The translations under genes and the position numbers were made by a program. A stretch of 64,000 nucleotides of DNA from Candidatus Caccalectryoclostridium excrementigallinarum (GTDB taxonomy: Bacteria > Bacillota > Clostridia > Christensenellales > UBA3700): positions 2,668 through 66,667 of the forward strand of contig DVNJ01000020.1 of the NCBI GenBank assembly GCA_018714485.1, read 5' to 3'. Position 1 is the first letter of the stretch. The number at the start of each line of letters is the position of its first letter. The notes beneath the pieces were generated by a model. That model saw nothing but the letters and a program-made list of their open reading frames with translations. It searched no databases and was not told the DNA's origin. Shown here piece by piece: positions 1-6,810 of this stretch.

Positions 1-258
1 TTTTAGCCATATTTTGGCTATAACACAAAGAGAGGCTTAGCTTTTAACACGATAAATATAACAATATGGCAAGGATAACCAAACAACCGCGAATCATAAC
101 CATTACTCTGCATTCGACAATAGACAAACTCCTCTTCCTTTTACCTATTTCAAATTCTCTTTCTTCGACCTCTCTCCTCTATCTCCTATCTCATTTTCAA
201 TTTCACGCAATATACCGCTGTCCTTTAATTATGTTTTAGCCATATTCTGGCTATAACA
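1..258. repeat. AT-rich non-coding stretch bracketed by two copies of a 26-27 nt direct repeat (TTTTAGCCATATT[T/C]TGGCTATAACA), each containing a TAGCCA/TGGCTA hairpin
   Basis: The copies are read directly at 1-27 and 232-258. The intervening sequence is AT- and pyrimidine-rich, unlike the rest of the window, and has no credible ORF. Confidence 0.6.
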
Positions 259-317
259 TATTGAGAGACTTTTGCGGTATTTTTCAACAGATATAACCGT
301 GTGACAAAATAAAGTGT

Positions 318-909
318 AGTAAAGCGAAGCAAAATCGCACTTTTGCCAAGCGTTACCTTGAGCGGGACGACTGTTCCGCGCGGAGCGCAGCGCAGGCTGA
401 AAGGGGTGAATTTCCGCGGAAAAGGCGAGCCGCGCTCTCGCGCAACTCGCCGCGGAAAGAGGGGAAAACAGCAGCGGAGCGTGATGGGTTTTCCCCTCAA
501 GCAAGCGAAAAACGAAAAGGCAGACGCGGCTTGTGCCGCACCTGCCCTTTTCCTTTTTGTTTTTCACTTAAATCTAGCGCGGCAAAATCGCACTTTTGCC
601 AAGCGTCGCCTCTAAAATGTGCTGTGCGCATTTTCCGAATGAGCGAAGTAAAGCGAGCGAATGAGGGCGGAAAGCGTGAATTTTTGCGGGTAAGGCGAGC
701 GCGAGACCTTGACACTCTCCCGCAAAAAGAGAGAAAACCGCGCCTCAAGAAAACGATCTTGCGGCGAAACAGAGTTCCGCCGCAACGCGCAATAGTGCGC
801 CCTGTCCGCTAAGTCGTTTTCGAATGGCGGGGTTGTCTTTAAGCAAGCGAAAAATCGAGAGGCAGAAAAAGTTTGCAACTTTTTCGCCTCTATCCTCGAG
901 ATTTTTCGC
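318..909 (-). repeat. Mosaic hairpin-rich intergenic repeat, copy A (two tandem sub-copies, the distal one diverged)
   Basis: Hairpins sit at 847-909, 759-785, 681-728 and 581-600, with diverged equivalents at 505-565, 411-458 and 329-347. The block 666-793 is the reverse complement of 56698-56825, with 2 mismatches in 128 nt by manual alignment. Confidence 0.75.
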
Positions 910-1575
910 TTATCTAAGTATTACTCTCCTCTTCTCCACCTCGATCATTCCCTCCTCTTTCATCTGTCCCAGCTCGCGCATCATGGCGCTGCGGTCGCAG
1001 CAGATATAATCGGCGAGGGTGGTGAGGCTGAAGGGCATTTCGAAGCGGTCGGAGCGCGCCTTGGCGCAGTTGATGGTGAAATAGCACATGAGCTTGTCGC
1101 GTATGCTGCGGTTGGAGAGCACTTCTATCCTCTCGCTGAGCGACTGCGCCTTACTCGAGATTATGCCGAGCATATTGCGCACGAACTGCGTATGGCGGGG
1201 GCAGGCGTTGGCGCAGCGCGAAGAAGCAAAATCGGCGGGGATAAAGACCACGGCGCAGCAGGACTTCGCCACCACGTCGAGCATGTCGCCGGTGAGGTTG
1301 CCGAACGCGAGCGTCTGACCGAAGACGTCGCCGGCGGAGAGTATTTCGAGCACGGTGCGGTTACCGGCATAATCCACGCGCTCCAGCTCCGCTTCGCCCT
1401 CGACGATCACGCCCACATTTTGCGCCGTGCCCTCGAACACGCACACGGTCTCGCCCGTGCGGAATTTTTTCATCGTCGAGCCCGAGCAACGCATCAATTC
1501 GACGATATCCTCGCTGCCTATCCCCTCAAAAAGCCTGCTCTCTTCGAGCGCCACCGCCGCCGCGCACTTATCCAT
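910..1575 (-). CDS. Crp/Fnr-family transcriptional regulator
   Basis: The ORF is 221 aa, with ATG at 1575 preceded by GGAGG. The N-terminal half looks like a cNMP-binding beta-roll, and the C-terminus carries an HTH (TLADYICCDRSAMMRELGQMKEEGMI). Confidence 0.85.
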   Translation of the reverse strand: MDKCAAAVALEESRLFEGIGSEDIVELMRCSGSTMKKFRTGETVCVFEGTAQNVGVIVEGEAELERVDYAGNRTVLEILSAGDVFGQTLAFGNLTGDMLDVVAKSCCAVVFIPADFASSRCANACPRHTQFVRNMLGIISSKAQSLSERIEVLSNRSIRDKLMCYFTINCAKARSDRFEMPFSLTTLADYICCDRSAMMRELGQMKEEGMIEVEKRRVILR

Positions 1576-1706
1576 ATCCGCCTCCGAAAAATTTTCTTGA
1601 AAGTTGCAGTTGCAACATATTTTCTTTTGAGTATATGATACAATATATTCTGTAATAAGTAAAGCGTTTTGCGGCTTTTACACAATATATTGCGGAGGCG
1701 GAAAAA

Positions 1707-1976
1707 ATGGTACAAGTAAACGTAAGCGGCGGCACGCTGCAACAAGACGAGATCAACGCATATATCGCGCGCGGCAAAAAGCAAGCCCCCGACAAGCTCC
1801 TCACGGCGGTGGACATCAAGCTGGACGGCGAGTGGGCGGACATCTCCTATCACTATACCAACCCTTCTTTCGAGCGCATACGCCGCATAACGGGCTATCT
1901 CGTGGGAACTTTGGACAGGTTCAACAACGCCAAGCGCGCGGAAGAACACGACCGCGTCAAGCATTCTCTCGCCTGA
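1707..1976 (+). CDS. Small protein ending in an NrdD-like (class III RNR) glycyl-radical motif
   Basis: The ORF is 89 aa, has a GGAGG RBS upstream of the ATG, and has its own terminator. The C-terminus ERIRRITGYLVGTLDRFNNAKRAEEHDRVKH resembles the NrdD C-terminal Gly loop (from memory). Confidence 0.7.
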   Translation: MVQVNVSGGTLQQDEINAYIARGKKQAPDKLLTAVDIKLDGEWADISYHYTNPSFERIRRITGYLVGTLDRFNNAKRAEEHDRVKHSLA

Positions 1977-2016
1977 GAGTAAAGCCGCCTGAGCGGCGGA
2001 AAACAGGCAAAAAATT

Positions 2017-2041
2017 CGCCGCCCGAGAGGGCGGCGTTTTG
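2017..2041. terminator. Bidirectional intrinsic terminator between convergent genes
   Basis: The stem CGCCGCCC-GAGA-GGGCGGCG is followed by TTTT, with an A-run on the other side. Confidence 0.7.
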
Positions 2042-2054
2042 ACTTTCTTTATCT

Positions 2055-2861
2055 TTAAGCCGAATAATCTATATAGACGGTCTTGGCGTCCACGGTGTAT
2101 TGCGTGGGCATGGAGACGTCGGGCGAGGCATAGACCAAGAGATAGTCGAGCGGCTCGGCGGCGTCTTTATCCGCCGTTTCTATCGAGCTGACGCGCCCGT
2201 TGGTGATGCGCACGCTCAGCTTTCCGTATTTCGCCAGCGGCACGCTCTCGTCCGAGATCGTGAAGGTCACGGTCACGACCGCGCCCGCACGGCTCGCGCC
2301 GCCATCAGCGATGACGATGTCTTCCTTATCCAAATTGTCGAAAAGCCCGAGCACATAAGACAAGGTGAGATAATTTATTTCCTCGCGGGAAAGATAGCTC
2401 TCCTCGCTCACGCTCTTGTCCACCTTGTAATCCTTGCTCACATAGGCGCGCACATAGTTTTCTCTGACGTTTTCGGCTTGCTTGCCCTCGCTGTTTTTGG
2501 GCAGCGCGTCGCCGAAATATTCCATCGTCGTGTCCGTCTTCACCGAGGACTCGACGCTCTTTGTATATTGAATAACGGTAAAGTCTTCCCATTCGAGGTC
2601 GGAGTTGCCCTTGTTATAGGCAAGGTAATAAGTCTGTGTCGTGCCCGATTGTTCGCCGGGACGGGTGAACTTTACATAATAGGAATAGCCCTCTGCACGA
2701 TCGTACTGTTCATAAAAACTCTTGCTCTGAGCGACGGCGTCCAAGAGCGCCTGCGCCCCTTCATCCGCCGTGAGCGCCTTGTTGCAGCCCGCGAGCACGG
2801 CAAGCCCCGCGCAGGCGAGCAAGACGAGAGTCAGGCAAAGCACAAAAATCTTTCTTTTCAT
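2055..2861 (-). CDS. Hypothetical lipoprotein
   Basis: The protein has a signal peptide with lipobox LAGC. Its ATG overlaps the stop of the upstream transporter gene (ATGA). Confidence 0.8.
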   Translation of the reverse strand: MKRKIFVLCLTLVLLACAGLAVLAGCNKALTADEGAQALLDAVAQSKSFYEQYDRAEGYSYYVKFTRPGEQSGTTQTYYLAYNKGNSDLEWEDFTVIQYTKSVESSVKTDTTMEYFGDALPKNSEGKQAENVRENYVRAYVSKDYKVDKSVSEESYLSREEINYLTLSYVLGLFDNLDKEDIVIADGGASRAGAVVTVTFTISDESVPLAKYGKLSVRITNGRVSSIETADKDAAEPLDYLLVYASPDVSMPTQYTVDAKTVYIDYSA

Positions 2862-4612
2862 TTTTTCTCCTCCCCGTCCTTTTCCGTATCGGTGACCGCG
2901 GGATCTTCCGCGCCCTCCTTTTCCGCATTATCCGCCGCGGGCTCTTCCGCGCCGTCTGCGCCGAGCGTTTCCGCTGCGAGCAGCTCTTGCTTTTCTATCG
3001 CGCCTTCCACGGGCGCCGCCTCCGCCTCGAGCTGCTGCATGGCTTCCTCTTCGAGCCTTTCCGTCTCCTCTTCGGAGAGCGCCTCGCCGCTGGAGAGCAC
3101 GGATTCGCCCGCATGCCCGTCGGCGATGTTCTGCGCTTCGGCGCGCAGCTTGAGTTCTTCGATGATGGCGCCGTGCTTCTTCTCGCTCAGATCCCAGAAG
3201 AAGAAGGGGATCGCGCAAGCCGCGCTGCAAACCGCCGCCAAAATGGCGAGAGTACGGAACATGGGCGCGCGCACCGCCGCGTCATAGAGCATCTCGTAAT
3301 CGCCGCCCACGCCTATGCCGTAGGCTTCCTGAATGGCGGGAATGACAAGACCCGTACCCATGGCGATCGCCTGACCGATCATGCCGAGGTTGCCCGAAAC
3401 GCCCTCGTATCTGTCGCCCGTCTTATATTGCTGCCAATCCAGCGCGTCCGCGTTCATGGCGGGCTGGGTGATGATCTGCACGGCGATGCCGAACATGACC
3501 AGATAGCAGGAGATAAAGAGAAGGGGCAGATTGTCGGGGAAAGCGATGAGCAGCACGGACGCGCCCGCAGCCACGAAGTTGGAGATGATGGCGGCGTTGC
3601 GCTTGCCGATCGCCTTGATGACGAAGGGCGCGACGAACATGCCTATGCCCGACGCCGTACCCATGACGAGCGTCATCAGCGATTGTATGCCCGCGTTTTG
3701 CAATATGTAGACGTACACCCAGGTTATCATGCCCGTGACGGCGATACGTCCGAATTGGAACCAGGTGGTGATGTTGATTATCCAGAGATATTTGTTCTTG
3801 GCGCACTTTTTCATCGCGTCCCAGAACTTGACCTTCGCCTTATATTCCCTGGGCTGGATGACGCGCTCCTTGGTGCCGAAATAGGTCAACAGCGTAAAGA
3901 GCACGCCCAGCGCGCAGAAGACGGGGATTATCACCTTATAAAGATCGGGATCGCGCTGTCCGAGCGGGAAAGCCTCGCCGATGAGCGGGATGATCGCGCT
4001 CGTGATCGTGGGCGCGAGCGAATAGACGATGGAGGAAATGGTGATGATATTCGCTCTCTCCTGAGAGTTGGGGCTGATGACGTAGGCAAGCAGCGTGTAT
4101 TGCGAATAATAGAATTGATAGATCCAGTTCATCACCACATAGATAGCGGCGACGACGATGACCATGGTCATATGGTCCCACGAAGGATCCATAAAGGCGA
4201 GCGAAGAAAGCAAGACCGCGCTCGGCACGCTCAGCCAAAGCAGCCACGGGCGAGCCTTGCCCCGCCCACCCGGCGTGTTGTCGATGAGCCAGGCTTTGAG
4301 CGGCTGGAACACGAGGAGCACGAGCGCCTGAATAATACCGATATAGGCGAATTCGTTGGGCGTTATGCCGTAGATGGTGCCGAGGAGCAGGCAGGAAGCG
4401 TTGAGCGGAACGGTCGCCGCCATTGCGGCGATAAACTGCACGCCCATGCCGCCGACCGAATAGCACACGACTTCACGGCTGGAAACATAGTTGCCTTCCG
4501 CGGGCTTTTTCCAGTTGTCCACGAAAAAGCGCTTGACGACGCCGAGAACGCTCAAGACAAAACCCTTTATCTTGGCGCCCGCGCCCTGCTTTTGAGTCTT
4601 TTCTTCTTCCAT
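2858..4612 (-). CDS. GPH/MFS-type glycoside-pentoside-hexuronide:cation symporter-like transporter with a ~120-aa acidic C-terminal tail
   Basis: The protein is polytopic, about 12 TM, and resembles the GPH family (from memory). An AAGGGGA RBS precedes the ATG at 4612. Confidence 0.8.
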   Translation of the reverse strand: MEEEKTQKQGAGAKIKGFVLSVLGVVKRFFVDNWKKPAEGNYVSSREVVCYSVGGMGVQFIAAMAATVPLNASCLLLGTIYGITPNEFAYIGIIQALVLLVFQPLKAWLIDNTPGGRGKARPWLLWLSVPSAVLLSSLAFMDPSWDHMTMVIVVAAIYVVMNWIYQFYYSQYTLLAYVISPNSQERANIITISSIVYSLAPTITSAIIPLIGEAFPLGQRDPDLYKVIIPVFCALGVLFTLLTYFGTKERVIQPREYKAKVKFWDAMKKCAKNKYLWIINITTWFQFGRIAVTGMITWVYVYILQNAGIQSLMTLVMGTASGIGMFVAPFVIKAIGKRNAAIISNFVAAGASVLLIAFPDNLPLLFISCYLVMFGIAVQIITQPAMNADALDWQQYKTGDRYEGVSGNLGMIGQAIAMGTGLVIPAIQEAYGIGVGGDYEMLYDAAVRAPMFRTLAILAAVCSAACAIPFFFWDLSEKKHGAIIEELKLRAEAQNIADGHAGESVLSSGEALSEEETERLEEEAMQQLEAEAAPVEGAIEKQELLAAETLGADGAEEPAADNAEKEGAEDPAVTDTEKDGEEKK

Positions 4613-4748
4613 AATTTATCCCCTTGATCGCGTGCGCGTTTTACGCGCGATTTATCGATATCGCGTCTATTATAACATCAAAACCGCAAAATGTAAATCT
4701 CAACTTTTGAGCATAAACGAAAAGGAAAGAAAAAATAAAGGCGCGGCT

Positions 4749-5294
4749 TTAATTCTCGATCACGTTCTCGCTCAAAAATCCGTAAACTTCGACCGCCTTG
4801 TCGCGCCAGGTCTTGAAGATCCACTTGGCTTTGGCGCGGCTGTCCACTTTGAGTTTAAGCTCCATCCAGGTGGACGTGTCGTCCACTATCTTCAAAAGCA
4901 CGGTGTAAGAGCCGTCCTCGTTGCGGTAATAGTCGGAAACATAGTCCTGCTGCTTGCGGAAAGAGATGATGTTCTCCTTGATATAGGCGGCGATCTCCTC
5001 GCGCACGGAAAGCGGTATCTTATAATAAAAGCATTTGAGGCATTCCCTGCCCTCGGGAGTTATCTTATAGCGCGGCTGCGGCGCTCGGGGACGGGAGAGA
5101 TTGACCAAGTAGTCCGTCTTGACCAAGTCGTCGAAGGCGGGCTTACAGAAGATGGGCTTTATCCAATTATGCGAAGTGGCGATGTCGTAAATGACGCTCT
5201 CGATCAGCCCGACATTGCACTGATCGAAGATATAAAGGAGAATGAGCTTGTTTACGAACGCCTCTTCGTCCGCGAATGCGGGTCTGTCCATCAC
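4749..5294 (-). CDS. DUF4364-like putative transcriptional regulator
   Basis: The ORF is 181 aa. The N-terminal LILLYIF... winged-helix-like region is recalled from DUF4364 proteins. The gene overlaps the stop of the upstream HPr-like gene. Confidence 0.65.
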   Translation of the reverse strand: MMDRPAFADEEAFVNKLILLYIFDQCNVGLIESVIYDIATSHNWIKPIFCKPAFDDLVKTDYLVNLSRPRAPQPRYKITPEGRECLKCFYYKIPLSVREEIAAYIKENIISFRKQQDYVSDYYRNEDGSYTVLLKIVDDTSTWMELKLKVDSRAKAKWIFKTWRDKAVEVYGFLSENVIEN

Positions 5295-5521
5295 TTCACC
5301 ATAAAGGGCTTTATCTTTTCCAAAAGATCGTCGCAGTCGTTCTCATAGATCTCGAGCACGACGGGGCGGTCGAGTTCGAGCGAGAAAATGCCGAGTATCG
5401 ACCTTGCGTTGACCACATATCTGCCGCTCCTCACGTCTGCTTCGTAATCGAAAGCGGAAACGGCGTTGACGAACGATTTCACCTTGTCCGTCGTATCGAG
5501 CAGTATCCTGACCGATTTCAT
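5291..5521 (-). CDS. HPr-like mini-protein (no His15 region, Ser46-type motif retained)
   Basis: The ORF is 76 aa. VNARSILGIFSLEL aligns with the HPr motif VNLKSIMGVMSLG. A GAGGT RBS is present. Confidence 0.7.
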   Translation of the reverse strand: MKSVRILLDTTDKVKSFVNAVSAFDYEADVRSGRYVVNARSILGIFSLELDRPVVLEIYENDCDDLLEKIKPFMVK

Positions 5522-5557
5522 CTGTTTTATACCTCGTAAAAAATTGATAGCTGAGAT

Positions 5558-5586
5558 ATTATATTACATTTTCGCCGCGATTGCAA
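5558..5586 (-). promoter_or_regulatory. Sigma-70-type promoter for the HPr-like/DUF4364 operon
   Basis: On the minus strand, TTGCAA (5581-5586) is followed by a 17-nt spacer and TATAAT (5558-5563). Confidence 0.55.
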
Positions 5587-5629
5587 CAATATTCCGCGCG
5601 GTGATAATGCATTCTTAAGTTCCTTTGCC

Positions 5630-5875
5630 AAACCCCGCCTTTCACGCAAGCCACCCTGCGGCGCGGAGGGGCGCAAAGGCGCGTCCCCTGTCTCGCCTTT
5701 CACGCAAGCCACCTTGCGGCGCGGAGGGGCGGCAAAGGCGCGCTCGCGGGCGATGAGTTTGCGAGCGGATAAGAGCGGCAAAGACGCAGGTAATACCCGT
5801 GCGGTCTTATCAAGTCTTTGCCGTTTTTAGGCGCCGCAAAGGCGCGTCCCCGACGCGCTTTTGCCGCCCCGACGC
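5630..5875. repeat. Composite palindromic intergenic repeat
   Basis: CGCCTTTCACGCAAGCCACC[C/T]TGCGGCGCGGAGGGGCG..CAAAGGCGCG occurs twice in tandem. The hairpin element 5776-5823 lies inside the array. GGGGCGGCAAAGGCGCG has an inverted partner at about 5848-5870. Confidence 0.65.
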
Positions 5876-5879
5876 GACG

Positions 5880-6593
5880 CTAAATAATCGCAAACTGTTT
5901 GAGGACGTTTTTGATCGTGCGGATATAGGGCGCGCCGTGACGATAATCGCGCATGACGGCTTGAAGTCCGAGAAAGACGGCTTTCACCATTTTGGCGCGG
6001 GAGAGTTCGAGGGAATAATAAAGCCCTTCGAGCATGGCGTAAAAATCCTCGCGGGCTTCGTCGGTGAGGGCGTTGTCCGCGGCTATTTCTTCGGTGAATT
6101 GCAGGATGACGGGCATGAGCTGCTCTTTCACGCCCGAGCTCACGGGCTTGTCGTCGCCGTCAAGTCCCGCACTCACTTCCTCGCCCTCGCCCGAGAGCGC
6201 GTTTTTGAACGCCATGAGATAGGGCATGATGACGCTGCCGGCGAACATATCGAAAGAGGCGTCCACGTCGGCGGCGCGGTAATATTGCTTGATGAAGTTA
6301 TGAAAATTTATGCTGCCTCTGTCCAGCTCGAACAAAAGCCCGGTGACCAGCGCCACGACCTTGCGCGAGCCGAGAGGGAGCTTGAAGATCCCGCCCGTCA
6401 TCGCCTTTTCCAGCTCCGTCCCGTAACGGAAGCCGTAATTACAGCGTTCGAGGCACGCCATCAGCGCGGGTTGGGAGGTGATATAGCGCAAAAGCGCGGC
6501 AATGGTGTTGCCGGACATGATATACTTGCCCTCTTTGATACGCTTGCAACGCGCCGTAAGTTCCGCATAAACCTGCTGCAAATTCTCGTCCAT
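5880..6593 (-). CDS. Hypothetical protein
   Basis: The ORF is 237 aa with a GAGGAAAG RBS. I recognise no family. Confidence 0.7.
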   Translation of the reverse strand: MDENLQQVYAELTARCKRIKEGKYIMSGNTIAALLRYITSQPALMACLERCNYGFRYGTELEKAMTGGIFKLPLGSRKVVALVTGLLFELDRGSINFHNFIKQYYRAADVDASFDMFAGSVIMPYLMAFKNALSGEGEEVSAGLDGDDKPVSSGVKEQLMPVILQFTEEIAADNALTDEAREDFYAMLEGLYYSLELSRAKMVKAVFLGLQAVMRDYRHGAPYIRTIKNVLKQFAII

Positions 6594-6765
6594 TCTCTTT
6601 CCTCGCGCCCGACAAAAGTCTTATTACCTATATTATATATGCCTTTGAAAAAAATAGCAAGTTATTGCAATGCTCGGGCGCGCTTTGCCGCAAACGTGGG
6701 GAAAGCCCTTCCCTTTCCTTACCCGCTCGAGGCGGCGTCGCAAAAGCCGTAAGACAAGCGGCGGC

Positions 6766-6794
6766 AAAAAAGCGGGCACGAATGCCCGCTTTTC
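6766..6794. terminator. Intrinsic terminator downstream of ppdK (bidirectional form)
   Basis: The sequence is AAAAA-AGCGGGCA-CGAA-TGCCCGCT-TTTT. Confidence 0.75.
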
Positions 6795-6810
6795 GTCAAG
6801 CCGTTTTTCC

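Noticed and set aside
820-840. T-loop-like GTTTTCGAATGGCGGGG, considered as a possible tRNA fragment.
   Set aside because: No acceptor or anticodon arms can be drawn around it. It is part of the mosaic repeat and also occurs at about 56655-56672.
225-878. Track ORFs inside the repeat region: 225-500, 229-567, 343-615, 497-748, 531-812 and 612-878, with their counterparts at 56562-56959.
   Set aside because: They are mutually overlapping on both strands, Arg/Ser/Pro-rich and lack RBSs. They coincide with hairpin repeats, and their similarity to each other simply reflects the DNA repeat.
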